From the NCBI GenBank assembly GCA_965649765.1, contig OZ287758.1, forward strand, positions 56,172,001-56,236,000: a DNA stretch of 64,000 nucleotides, written 5' to 3'. Positions 33,250-47,317 of the stretch are shown here, piece by piece. The notes under the pieces were generated by a model. The model saw only the letters and a program-made list of their open reading frames with translations, did not search any database and had not been told where the DNA came from. This DNA comes from Bispira polyomma (lineage: Eukaryota). A program made the position numbers and the translations under genes. Numbering within the stretch: the stretch's first letter is position 1; every line of letters starts with the position of its first letter.

Positions 33250-34674
33250 CAACTTCTTACAGGAATTTTTTTTTCTTTAGAACTAGATTCTATGATTCAG
33301 TTTAATTACAATCCTATGATACAAAACCTAGAAAAATTGTTTAATGTATGGAATCAAAGACTTCTGACCCCCATCAGAAAAATAGCAGTTGTAAAAAGTC
33401 TGGCATTATCAAAGCTAATTCATCTGTTCCTTGTATTGCCTACACCAGATAAAAAATTTTTCAAAAAGATAGAAAGTATGTTCTATAAATTTATTTGGAG
33501 TGGCAAACCGGACAAAATAAAAAGGACAATTATGGTTAAACATAACCTCACAGGTAGCCTAAATATATGATTGATTTATTTGAATTTGTCTCTGCTTTGA
33601 AAATAACATGGATCCGAAGATTATATGTTAATCCTGGAGCACCTTGGGGTAAGGTGGCTACACACTATCTTGGTTCAGTTAGTAAGACTATTCTACTTGG
33701 ATCTTGCTGAAAAGCTTTCTAGGAAAATAAATAACAAATTTTGGGCATACACTTTATACAGCTGGGAAAGTTTGCTAAAAAAAGACCAGTAAAGACTCTC
33801 AGTGATGCAATGTCTGAATCACTTTGGAGTAATCCAAAAATATCAAAAGCAGAGATCTTTCTATCAGTCTGGTTTAATAAAGGTATAATTTCAGTAGCTG
33901 ATATCATTAATGCGAAAGGGGACTGCATATCTCAAAGAGAATTGACTAAGTTTTATAATATTAGAATCAACTTTTTGGAATATTATAAAATTACAACATG
34001 CGTAAAAGTCTTTCTAAATAAGTTTAAAATGAAATGAAAGAAACACCAAAAACCTGTTTACCCTTGTCAGGTCAAAATTTTGTGTAATCCTTAAAAAGGC
34101 AGCAAAGATTTCTATGCTACTTTGAAAAATCACTTGAATGAGAGTCACAATACATCTCTGTCATACTGGGAAGAATCACTAGGTATTAGTTTATCAGAAA
34201 TCACTTCGAAACAGATATTTAGAATATGCAGTACTCTACAGAATCTTAGGTACCAATGACCTCTTATTGAAAATAAAACGTCATATAAGTGGCATGTGCA
34301 ATTTTCGCAATCATTATATAGAAACGGTCATGCATCTATTTGTAGAGTGTGGCATTGTAAAACAGTTTTGGTCTGAACTTAAACTGAATTTGCAAATCAA
34401 GCTGGGGATCAAATTAACTGTTAATTCCTCTTCTTTAATATTAGGTGTTCCAAATTTCAACTGCCTGACTATTCCAATAAATACTATTTACCTTGCAGCA
34501 AAAATGTACATCTTTAAAATGACAAGAAAAAAATGCGTATATATGCCCTAATGCGTATATATCTGTACATAGAACATTAGAAATAATTCAGTGGACAATA
34601 GTCAATAGACGAACATGTGAACAATATTCAAAGTAGTGGAATAGGAGTAATGATATCTAATAATGTCAAGAAGG
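33250..34674 (+). mobile_element. L1/Tx1 3' fragment (unit 2 copy, lacks everything upstream of the G-tract)
   Basis: Collinear with 13776-15196. Confidence 0.88.
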
Positions 34675-37445
34675 TTCATGTGTAAAAGGGTTTTTTGAAT
34701 AGGTTTACAATGGGTTTGTGATCAGTTTCTGCTGTGACAATAGTTCCGTAGATAAACTGATGAAATTGTTCGGACCCAAAAGCAATCCCCCGTAGTTCTT
34801 TTTCGATCATTGCGTATCTTGTTTCTGCATCTGTCAATGACCTACTAATATAGGCTACCGGTTTCCATTGCCCATCGTGTAATTGCAAAAGTACAGCGCC
34901 TAGTCCGTCTTTGCAAGCATCGGTCGAAACTTTAATTGGCTGAATAGGATTGTAAAACTGAAGTACAGGACTCTCCATCAACAGCTTTTTAATTTCTTCA
35001 AAGCCTTGTTGTTGTTCATATTTCCATTTCCATTCATTCTTGTCTCGTAGCAAATCTCGCATGGCAGTTGTTATAGCACTAAGGTCTGGAACCCATTTGG
35101 CTACATAGTTCACCATGCCCATAAATCTCTCTAGATCCTTTTTACACACTGGGGCAGGCATATTCTTAATGGCTGATACTTTTGAAGGATCGGGCTTGAG
35201 ACCACAGCTTGTTATTAGGTCCCCCAGGAACACAACTTCAGACAGTCTGAATTGACATTTATGTTTATTTCATTTCATTTCACTGTGGCAAAGTATATCT
35301 AACACTCTTCTCAACTTTTTGTCGTGGTCTTGTTTGTCGTGACCCCATATGATGGCATCATCCATGATTGTGTCAATTTGCTTCTCCTTTTCAAATAATT
35401 CCCTAACTTTCTTATGAAATACTTCAGGGGCTGAGGATATTCTGTTTGGCAGTCTGTTGTAGCAATATCAAGCAAATGGGGTGTTAAATGTTGTTAGTTT
35501 GCAAGAATGTTCATCCAACTTCAGTTGGAAAAACCCGTCTGCTGCATCAATCTTAGTGAACACCTTCGCCCCATGGAATCTGGACATGACCTCCTCTCGA
35601 GTCGGGAGTTTGAAATGCTGCCTTTTAATAAATCTATTTAAATCTTTTGGATCCAAGCACAATTTCAGGTTTCCATTTTTTTGGTAGCTATCACTAGCGA
35701 ATTGACCCAGTCAGTTAGTTCATCTATTTTGGAGATGATTCCATTCTGCTCCAGTTGTTCAAGCTTTGCTTTCAACTTGTCCCACATTTGCAGGGGAATT
35801 TTGCGACAGGAATGAACTTCAGGCTCTGCATATTCTTGTAGCTTTATTTTATACTCTCCTTGTAATTCACCTAGTTTTCCATCAAACAAGTCTTTGTATT
35901 CCTGATATACCCATTGGTAGTTTCCACCTGCTTGTTCCACTTGGTATATTAATCTAACCAGGTCTAATTTTTCACATGCGTCTTTAGATAGAAGTGTCTT
36001 GTCTGTACCATCTACTACATAAAACAGCAGCTTGTGGTGTTTACCTTTACATTTTACCTCTAGAACAGTTTTGCCATATACCTTGATCTCTTTCCCATTA
36101 TATCCTTTCAATTTCTGCATGGTATGATGTAATTTTGGCCTTTCATCAATGTTATTGAAGTCAGATTTGCTGATGACATTGGCCTGTGCCTCTGTATCTA
36201 GTTTCATAGGTAATATTGTATTGTGCACAGTTAGTGGGACTACCCAATCTCTTGATGTACTCTCGATCGACTCTACAGTCAAACTTCCTAGAAACTTACT
36301 ATCATCACTGGAGTAATCAGATTCATTGTCCACCTCGACCATTTTTATGTCTTTTCTACCTTTTTGAGCCTGTGTCTTGGATTTACATACAGATGCAAAG
36401 TGATTTGTCCGTCCACATTTAGAGCATTGCTTACCGAAAGCAGGGCTCTTTTTTTTTGACAAACATGTGGCGATCACCGCAGTACTTGCATTTGCGCATA
36501 GGTTTCTGTGCCGTATTGTCTTTTTTCACAAAGTTTATGGATGGTTTGCCTGTTATAGCCGATTTGTGTTCTTCCACGTGTTCAGCTGCCTTAGCGTACC
36601 TCACTGCATCTGAAAGGGATAAATCTGCCTTGGAAAACAGTTTCTCTCTTAACTGCAGGTCTTTGACACCACAGACTAATTTATCACAAACCATGGATTC
36701 CCTTATTGCGCCAAATTCCGAAGTCTCAGCCCTTACTTTTAGTCTTGTGAGAAAGGCATCAATGTTCTCATCTTGTCCTTGCTGACATCCCATGAACCTT
36801 GAGTGTTCGAAAGTTCTGCTGGTTTTTAGAACGTAAAATGCCTCAAATTTGGCTAGTATCTTCTCCAGAATTTTGGAGTATGCAACTTCATGCCCATCTA
36901 CCGTAGTGGTGCCAAAGTCAAATATGGAAAAGTCCTCCCTTGCATTTTTGCCAATGCATGCAAGCAGGATTGCTACTCTTTGTACATCAGGTTTAGAATC
37001 ATAATTGATTGCTGTCATATATAACTGAATTTCCTGTTTAAAGTCTTTACACTTTACTGGAATATTGTCTCCGGTCCTACTGTCCCGTGTTGCTGGTCTC
37101 AATTGATTTATTAATTCAGATGCCATTACTGAACCTCCTGTACTTGATATATAGCTCTAGTCACTTACAGGTCTCTATTATCGCTCACACTGACTGATAT
37201 GGTGTGGCTGTAGCACTGCACAGTGTTTCAATATTAGTCTATATAAACATACATTTACTGTGTTATTCAATGAGTTTTACATCTGACACCATGTGTTGGT
37301 CTTGGCACACTGTCAAATAAAAGTATTTCTTAGAGCAACATGCTGTTTATGACCTTGCGGTTCATGCAGAACATCGAATCTCACACTCGTAGGGTACACG
37401 CAAGTACACAGAGACATATCAGCACAACTACACACTCACACCACA
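34675..37445 (-). mobile_element. Gypsy element, unit 2 copy
   Basis: Same gag/PR/RT/RNase H, LTR and PBS. Retains a 51-bp segment deleted in unit 1. Confidence 0.92.
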
Positions 37446-38453
37446 TTGTCATTTGGTTCTGGAATGTGAACAATATACTATGCTACACAGTTGTTAACCA
37501 AAATTGAGTTCTATAGTTAGCTTGTCAGAGGCCTTAAATGGGTTCATAAAACATACCAATGACGAAGGCTCATGAAGGTCCAAATAATGTAATAATTCTT
37601 TTGAGAAAAAACCACACCTTCGAGTGGTAACACTCCTACTCCCGCCATTGCAGTCTTACGTTTGAATCTCATGCTAAAGGCTGGTAGTTAACAGCACATA
37701 AATCTCGACCAACTACCCTATATTTATTGTACACCTTTTCAGTCTTTACCTGTTTCATGGATGCTTCTAAAGCTTTTGAACGAATAACATATGACAAGTT
37801 ATTTGAAAAGTTACAAAAACGGGGTAACCCAGTAGTTATTACTCGTATCATATATTATTGGTATACTATGCAGAATGTTTGTATTCGCTGTGATATAGTA
37901 AACTTGTAAGTTGAAAGCAACATTAAACCAAAGTTGAACTAAATTTATATGTTGTTTTTTATCTTAAGATTTGAGCTTTTTTTCCTTTTAGACCCATCAC
38001 ATTTATAAGCATAGCTGTATTAGAAAGTTATCATAAGAAAAGCTATGGCCCCATTTTTGTCATTTTACCAGAATTAGGCATGGTTTTGCAACCAAGAGGT
38101 ACCTATTTAACCATTAGGCTTCACTCCATTAACACTTTAACAGGTAAAGTATCAAAGGTAATATCACCATAGCCATTTGCAGTATACAGCCACACTTGAT
38201 GATTATCCTGTTTTTTGTCAAAATAAGAAACTTTGTTTCTGATGCGCTTTAGTCTTCTGAAAAATTATGTTATGCAGATTTATTTAAAACTGACCATTAA
38301 CAAAAGGCTTCTTTAAACTACATGAATTAAGTTGTTTGACAACATATAACACCAGGGCCACGTTGTACATACATAACATTTCTAAAAACATTATTAAAAG
38401 CAACAGTCACTTTGTTCATAACAGATTTTGTATAGTTCATCCACAACTGAGAA

Positions 38454-38679
38454 TTTGAATTGGGATATTTAACATCCACTCTAGTACCTGTTTAGGTTAT
38501 ATTGGGACAGTTAGTTGGAAACGCTGTAGGAAACACTGCATACAGTTGATTAAGAGTCTACACTGAAAACCAGTAGCCCACAGTCAGGCACTACCACCTT
38601 TCCCACATAGGCATCGACGGGAGTCGAACCCACGCCAGCCGATCCCAGAGGTGAGAGACTAGGGATTGTGAAGCGCAAT
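38454..38679 (-). mobile_element. SINE, unit 2 copy
   Basis: Copy of 18914-19139. Confidence 0.88.
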
Positions 38680-39500
38680 AATATAACTATGTCATCAACA
38701 TACATTATGTGATTTGTTAAATATACAAAACACAAATGGTGATGGAATTCCTCCTTGAAGTACACGATTTTGAATTTTATAGGAGGAAGTTCAGTTACTC
38801 CAGCGAATACAAACAGTCTGCATAATATACCAATAATATTTGATACAAGTAATAACTACTTACTGTACTTGGGTACCCTATTTTTGTTACTTTTTCAAAT
38901 TACTTGTCATATCATTCTATCAAAAGCTTCAGAGGCATCCATGAAACAGCAAAAGACTGAAGAGCTGTGTGAGAAAGAGCTCTAAGCCGCAAGTCCCAGT
39001 AATTCTATCACTGAATTATTAAAACCCTCCAACTCTGTTGCGGTACTATACTTTTGCGACTAAACATAAACAATGATTGTAGGAAACTTAATCAATAGAA
39101 TCAACACAAGATTGCAAATGTTGTATGAATGGAATTTTTAATTGAGTTGATTTTAGCTAATGAACTTGGATAGTGAAAATTAATTCCTAGTAAAAATTTA
39201 AACCTTGTATTTATTTTCAACTGATAGAAATGAACAAACTGTTAAATCACACTCTAATGTAATAAAGAAAATGTACTGCAAAAGAAAACAAGTAAGGGGA
39301 GAATTAGAAATCAGAAAGGGAGAATTACCGTCGGAATTACACATAGAAGCAAATAGAAAAAAGCTAAATACTGAAGAAGAAACTTGACAACATAAATTTT
39401 AAAGGAATAAAGGAAAAAACAATAGAATATAATAACAAGAACAGAGAAGTAAAACAATCAGCAAGGAATGACAAAAGAAAATCAATAGAGGAAAGGGCAA

Positions 39501-42500
39501 ACTGTGAAGATTGATTGGGAGCAGTCCTGATTTTGGGCAGCCCGGGCGTAATCTTTTAGCTATCCCGAGTAATCATGATGATCCAGGATTGATTTGCACA
39601 GTCAGAGTCGTAATTCAGGTGATCCGGGAAACAAACAACATAATCGGGAAGTTTCTGAACATGTTTAGAAAATCCCCTGATTGGAGATTTTACCCCCTCG
39701 GCGCCCTGTTAATCAGAAGTCACCCAGAGTACTCCTAATTCCACTCTGGTTAATGTTGTTGTCACCTACAGTACTCGGGCTGTATTTCTTCCACGTTCTC
39801 CAAAAACATTAAAGTACAATCCTCATTGAGCCTGACTAATTGGGGGTGGCTTCTCGATTAATCATCCTGACACCCCAATTGTAAAGATTAGCCGGGACCA
39901 ATGAGGATTAGCCGGGGTGGGCGCCAAGTAATATCATCATACCGCATATCATCTGACAGTCTGTGAGGAAGTCAAACTTCAAGGGGAAGAAGCCAGCAGC
40001 TGCAGCCAGGGGCCCCAGGACTACCTCAATATCCCCTTACAGCATAAGTGATAATGTGTCAGATGTGGATGTCTCCCTGGAGGGGTCTGAGGTGGGTTTT
40101 TTGGTGACCCGGTTTTCGCCAACAACATCATCAGGGGCCACCGTCCGTGAGCAAGACTCTTTCCGGAGTACCATGCAGCGTATGGAGAGCATGATGACCA
40201 GCTTCATGAAAGAAGCCTCCCCGAAGCCAGCAGCATCATGGCCGAGGGTGGCCGACTTTAACTGGGTCAAGGCCCAGGCTGACACTTTACCAGACATTCT
40301 TTTTATGGAATTCCCGACAAAGACCTCCCAGCTGTTGTCAAGTTCAACAGCCCAGCATCAGAAGCAGCAGCAGCAGATTCAGGCACCTTCCACTTCCGTT
40401 TCCACCTCATACAACATGCTAGCACTATCACCAGAACTGGCCACAGTAGATGAATGGATGCCACCGGCACCATACAGGCCTGTGTACTACCAGATGCGCA
40501 TCACCCAGTAGCAAGAGCAGCAGAAGTATCAGCAGGGATCACTACCACCACTGCAGTATCAGAAATTGACAACGATAAAAGTCTAGTCTTTCCAGAGGCA
40601 GCAGCCCAGGCAAGTAGCTCAAGTGGTGGGACAGACACTGGGACACTTATACACATACCTTCACCACAGAAGAGTGCGGCTAGCCCCTTCGATTTCTCCG
40701 ACATTCCATCAGTAAGCTCAGACCTTTACAACCAGTCCTCTTTGCCTCTGTACCTTGTACGGACCACAGGAGGAGAATACCCAACCCTGAATACGCCTCA
40801 GCCAAAAACAGAGGAGGATGATGACTGCCAAACGACCACGACAGTTAAAGCAACCGCCACATTTGACCCACCACCCGAGACATCCAGCAGATGCACCTTC
40901 ACCAGTTCTCCAGCCCTCTTAACTTCCCCTCCTCCTCCAGCAGCTGCATACCTGCCAATGTCCTTATCAGCGTCACCACATATTCCAAGAACCTTTATTG
41001 GAGCTGTTGTTTACAAATACCAAAAATCCCATCAGACCAAAACACCTACTGGCCCAAAAAAAACTTACCTCACTCAAACACAAGCTTTAAAGAATAGTTA
41101 AAGGGCTTGAACCCTAATTACCCACAAGTTTTAAATAATTGTTAAAGGGCTTGAATCCTGGTCCCCCACAAGTTTTAAAAAATTGTTAAAGGGCTTGAAT
41201 CCTGGTCCCCCACAAGTTTTAAAGAATTGCTAAAGGGCTTGAACCCTGGTCTCCCACAAGTTTTAAAGGATTGTTAAAGGGCTTGAACCCTGCTTCCCCA
41301 CAAGTTTTAAAGAATTGTTAAAGGGCTTGAACCCTGGTCTCCCACAAGTTTTAAAGAATTGTTAAAGGGTTTTAACCCTGGTCCCCAAAAAGTTTAAACA
41401 ATATTTTAAAGGATTTGAACCCAGAGGTTATTTTTATTATTGCAGTTCCTTGTGTTTCATGGACCTTGGGTGTTCTGTGGTGATGTGTCTGATAGAGATT
41501 AGTTAAATGTAGGGCCTGTGTGTATATGGTAGTGAGGGGTATATTTCATCTTTTTGAAAAATTAGGGTGGTCCTCAAAAGGACCGAGTATTAGCACTCAG
41601 TACAAGTGAAGATTCTGCCTTGTTGCCGATGCACTGCTCCCTTGTTGTTAAAGTGCTGCATCAGCAGCTCTCTTTGGACTTTGGTCTCTGTTGGGATTCG
41701 GTTTTGGCAGGACCCGATTATCTCCCTGTAGCTCATTAGACTCCCCATGTATTCTTCCACTGCCAGGGTCCCATATCGTGTCCTGAGTACATTGTGCAGC
41801 ACACAACATGTCATGGTCACTGTTGCCGCCACATCAGGTTCCTGCTGGATGGTGGTCAGGAGTACCCCCCATCTGTTGCTGAGGATCTCGAAGGCATTCT
41901 CCACCATTCTCCTGCTCCTGCTTATCCTATGATCTTCTGCTCAGGGGTCATGCCTCGGCGGGATAAGGTTTCATCAGCCATGCTTTCAGTGCAAAGGTGT
42001 CATCAGCCAGGATGAAGCATGGCACTTCAGGTCTGGTTGGGCTGATGCATCATGGTGGGGTAAATCCAATTGAGCTGTCCTCGATCATGTTCCTCAGCTC
42101 ACATTAGTTAAATATCTGGGAGTCCGACCCCAACCCACTGCAGCCAACATCCACCCAGAGGAAGCAGTAGTTGGCATCTACAAGGACCAGAATTACAATT
42201 TAGTAGAAGCCTTTGTAGTTAAAGTACTGACTGCCACCTCCTCTGGGACATCTTATGGCTACATGCTTGCCATCAAGAACACCCAAGGCATTTGGCACAT
42301 TGGATCTAGTACGGAAGACGCCTTCTACCTCTTTCCAGTCATCTAGGGTGGTTGGACAGGTCAGCCACTCATCCTGGTATTCTTTCAAAATTCCCTCACA
42401 GACTTCAAGCACCGTCTTGTTTACACTGGATTTGCCGACCCTGAAGTCAAAGGACTAGCTGTTGGTTGTGTTACAGTCACAGGAGCAAGCACGGTAGCAA

Positions 42501-44087
42501 TTACCGGTTGCTTTCAAGTTGTAACAGAAAAAGACAAAAAGTTTCACTTAACAAATTTATTTAACAATAAAAATAACAATTGCAGGCAACTGAGATACTC
42601 AAAATAGTTTATACAATAATACAACAATAATGAAACCAATCTGACCTGACTACAGTCCTGTCCCTATAACTAACATTTAAACAAGTTTGTCCACTGTATC
42701 CTGTAAACTCTCTTGAGATCCGTTTGGTGTCCACTAACACACAATGCCTGTATTCTGTTATCCGTTTGGTGTCCACGAACACAAAATGTATATATCCAAA
42801 GAGTCTGCACAACTAAGCTCTCCAGTCCGTGATGCAAACAATATCCAATATATAGCAGTTCCACTCTCCTTAACTCCAGTTATATCCAGTTCACTCCAAT
42901 GAGTTCACCAGAAAATGTATATAATAACCAGTTTATATCCACTTGACACAGAAATAAAGTGGTTCACAATATAGCAGTTCACATAGCATACCAACTCAAT
43001 AAACTCTAGTCTATGGCCAAGTCTTCAACCCTTATATGTACTAGAGATATAGAAGGCTCTAGAGTACCTAAACAATAGTTACTAGAAGACTCCGGAATTA
43101 AATGTAAACAGGGCAACAAAACTCCAATAAAAATAGTACACAGAACCAGCTTCTAGAAGCTTAGGGGTTTCCTCAAATCTATAAATGGCTTACTCTAGCA
43201 GAGTGTAAGAAACATCAGTATTAACTAGACTAGTTCTCCACTGACATACAACAATGTTCTTATATGTAACAGTTGAGTCCCACGTGGCCAAAATTCACAA
43301 AACAACGCCCAGCTTGAATCCAGCAGGCAGGGGGCACGATACCATGTCCTCCCTCTCGGCAGCCTGGCTTCCAGCCTGGCCGCCATCTCGTTTAACAGTT
43401 TGGCATCCATTTTAATTTAGTTTCTAAATCCCTGGGCATCATTCTCGGCCAGGTCGTGCAGTAATGCCGTGTAATGGCCGTAGGCCTCTCTCTCACAGAC
43501 CCAACTCTTCTCCCAAACCTCTGGTCTCCTTTTCCGTCGTTTCATGGGTCCCCTGGCCCCGGCCCCAGGCTGATGGGCAGCCCTGGCTCCCGCCCTTCTA
43601 GCTCTCTGCTGCAGCATCACTCTGAACATGTCTATCATCATGCCAACAAAGGTCATGAATGTCCACGCAATCATCATCACTTTATCTGGTGGCATATCTA
43701 CTCAATCCTCTACTTAATTCTGTACTCAATTAATAATTATCAATGTGCTCTTTGGGGAAAAAATTCTCAAGTGTCTGGATCATGTGTCTTGTGATCTTTA
43801 CAATCGAGATGGCCAGTACGGGTGATCTTTACAACCCGGGAGAGGAGATGGTTAATCCAGTTATCACTCACCTGGGCCCCTGTTAAACGTGGCAATCATA
43901 CTGGAATCGTTGTGTCCCTAAAGATCATAGGGAGTGTAGCTCCGGAGAATCAGGATCATTTTTAACAATTTAAAGTATTTCCTGTCCTAGATCATAATCC
44001 GCGTATCACGGCAGGTGGTCTAGAGGATTCAGCAGGGTGCCACTAGGATCGTAAAAATCAGGGCTGCTCCTGATAGATCTTCACAGT
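39501..44087. mobile_element. Harbinger element, unit 2 copy (368-bp deletion removes the MADF-like domain), nested in the RTE remnant
   Basis: Same TIRs and transposase fragments (41590-43695, minus strand). Confidence 0.88.
42469..43271 (-). mobile_element. Solo LTR, unit 2 copy
   Basis: GTTG|TGTTAC...GTAACA|GTTG. Confidence 0.9.
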
Positions 44088-46016
44088 GGAACAGCGCCAT
44101 AACAAACAACCATGCAGTAAGCAAACAGTCCAGTGGTAAACAAATAAGTGAAAGCAAAAGGTCAAGAGGTCGTACTGGTAAAAACTCATACGTAAAGTCA
44201 ACAATAACAAGCATAAACACTTAAATCCTTTTTGTGCATATTTCATAACTATAACTTAATATTAGTAGGGTTATAATAGCATTTAACATTTACCTAACCA
44301 ATGGAATATTAGCAAACTAATAAACATCAAAGTGAAAGTTTATAAAAAAATATGTCTTGTACCATAACAATCGACATCACTCAAGGCATTATACTATACC
44401 CTATTGTATTTTTGATTACAATAGATTGGGTTATGAAAAAAACAGTTGCAGAAGCAGAGAGGAATACAATGGGAACTTTTCAACCAACTAGAAAACCTCG
44501 ATTTCCCTAAAGAAATCGCCTTGGCCAGCTTTGCACATCAACACCTCCAAGGTAGGGGTGATAAAACAGATAAAATTGAAGAAATGAACATATAATCAGA
44601 AACAACTACAGGATTAAAAATTGAGGGGAAAGTTCTCAACAACACCAACAAATTCACAAATCTTTTAAAGATTATGGTTCCGAAGATAACATTCGATCAA
44701 GACTAAACAAAACCAGTACTGCCTTCGGTAGTTTAACAATAAGTATAATTTCAGAACCAAATTTACAACAGCAATGTGAAGTCAGTACTACTCTGAGGAG
44801 CAAAAACATGGAGTGTTTAAAAATTAAATGGATAACATCAATGCATGCCACAATAAATATCTAACAAAGCAAATTTTTTGGCCAACCATCAAACTTAATG
44901 AAGATTAATACGAAAAAACAAATGGCCAACTATCATACTTAATAAAGATTAATATAAAAAAACATTTGTTTTAAACACGTAATAAAGAGAAGGCTTGAAA
45001 TGGTTGGAATAGAAAGTGTATGAACTCCAATAGGGCACTTAGATGGACACCACTACATAGAGGAAAACTGAAGTAGCTGAATGATGTGAACAAGTCCTGA
45101 GAGGAGCAGAAATGCTAGCCAAAAACAGGACTGTGTGGAGAAAGTTTGCAGGTGAGACGTGACACTTCACCATGAAGTAAAAAGCATAACTAAGCAAGAA
45201 TTTCTTAAAAATTGTCAATTAGTTACTTTTTATTCCAGCTAAACTTTCCATTTTTACAGTATCTTACTGAAATGTCATAAGTGTGAAATGTATGAAAAGA
45301 AAATCGGGCAATCAAATTTAGGTACAAAAACAAGAACTTCATAAGGCACTTATGTCCTTGCCCCACAAAAGAGTTGTTTACATTTAACTTTATAAATTTG
45401 TTCAAATTAGTGTTTAGTCTCTGTCTCTTTAATAATTTTTGACAGAAAATACAGTGTGCAAATATATATATTCAAGTCTACTTATGAACATTGATAGTGA
45501 TGCTTCAATGAGACACTCAATCAATGGCAATTTAATTTTATCCGCCTAGTCGATTAATTACCTTTACAGAGATGGGATTTCTCATGTGAAAACCAATTGA
45601 GCTAAACATTATCCTTGGGGCAGATAATGGCAGACATGACATTGCACTATTCAGTTGATTATACTAAGACCCTACACTTTACATTAAAGTTATAAACCGG
45701 CCAGGACATACATAAAGAGAGACAGAAAATATTCAAGGACAATAATGAAAACAATAATACCAAGATTTATTCAAATATATGAACAATCACTAATAACAAT
45801 GATTTTTTTGTTTGGTTTTTTGTTAAAAGGCATTTTATTTACCATTTTTGTACATATTTGCTACCATTCCTTATTGGTAAAGTCTTACAATATATCTCAT
45901 TAGTACACAGTATGAGTTGTAGTATATACATGTATTACATAAAGATGAGATTGGTACACATTATTTTGCAGATTAACAATAATTACCTCATAAATTCCTT
46001 TTAACGCAAAATATTA

Positions 46017-46746
46017 CAGGGGGTGAGTCATATAAATGCAGGTAGTTTTAAAAGTGTAGATAATATTAATTATTTTGATATGTATTTATATTGACATGTC
46101 CTTTTTCCTAATTCTAAGCTATTGTTGCTTCCAATTTGTTTTTTTCTTAAAACATCACACAGAAAATCGTGTGATGGGCAAGAAATCTAAATTCACAATC
46201 ATACAGATTTACAGATGTCAAGAAAATGAACGTTGTCTTTAACTTGCCAATTTATTAAAAGCATACCTTTTAATAGTGGGTCCTACTCCCATTCATGTTT
46301 ACACACTCCATACAATGTTTTTGAATAGTCACAAGAGTATTTCGGATGACTTGTTTTTCCAGGTTTTCCTGAGGGCCTGGATCAGCATGGCCACATTGGA
46401 ACAGGTGAATTATGATCCGGAACACTGTTGTGAATATGCGAACTGAATGGGACTACAACCCACTATTAAGTTATTTTTTCAATAAATTGGCAAATGAAAG
46501 ACAACTTCAATTTTTTGGGCATCTGTTTTCCTGTGCTTGTGGCTTTGGATTTTCTCGCACATCACATACTTTGCTTGGTAATTCCCTAAAGAATTTGGGG
46601 GGGGGGGGGGGGGGGGGGAAGCAACAATAACTTGAAACAAGGAAATAGACATGTAAATACAAATACATATTAACATAATAAAAATTCTCCACACTTTTGA
46701 AATATCAACATTTATATGTCAGAGTCCTATTTTATTTTGACCGGTG
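46017..46746. mobile_element. Fold-back MITE, unit 2 copy
   Basis: Copy of 26790-27527 with a shorter G-run. Confidence 0.75.
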
Positions 46747-47070
46747 TATATATTTAATGCTTTGAAAAAGCTGGTTATTAAGCTTTCTTGTTCAATAATA
46801 TAATATTTTACATATTCAGTTTCGTTAATAACGTGGCAAACACAACCATATTTTCTCAAATTTTATTACACATTTTAAATTTGCATAGGTGATTCTGCTT
46901 TTAACCTCAGTTGACCTTGATATTCCCCAGAAAATGTTTTTCAGTTACCAGTCTTTATTCAAAAGAAGTCAATATAAATATACCATACAGTTAACATGTA
47001 CAAACTCTAACAATGCATGTTACAATTTAGTAATGTACAGAAAACAAAACATATCATGAATAAATATTTA

Positions 47071-47233
47071 CAGTTAAACCCTGTTAAGTCAAAACCCAAG
47101 AGAGGGTTCCCTGAGGAACACAAGCCCAAAAGAGCAGAGATACTTGAGAAAGATTTGGTTGGAACCCCCAAATTTTACTTTTACATAACAGGAAACTTTA
47201 ATTAATGGAGTTCTACCTGAAGGGGTTCAACTG
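47071..47233. mobile_element. pogo/Tigger-like MITE, unit 2 copy
   Basis: Copy of 27853-28015. Confidence 0.75.
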
Positions 47234-47317
47234 TAATTAAACAGTACTTTTTATCTAACATAGGTTAATTTTAATGAGAAACAACATCAGATTAAAGAGG
47301 TATATAATACAGTAAGC

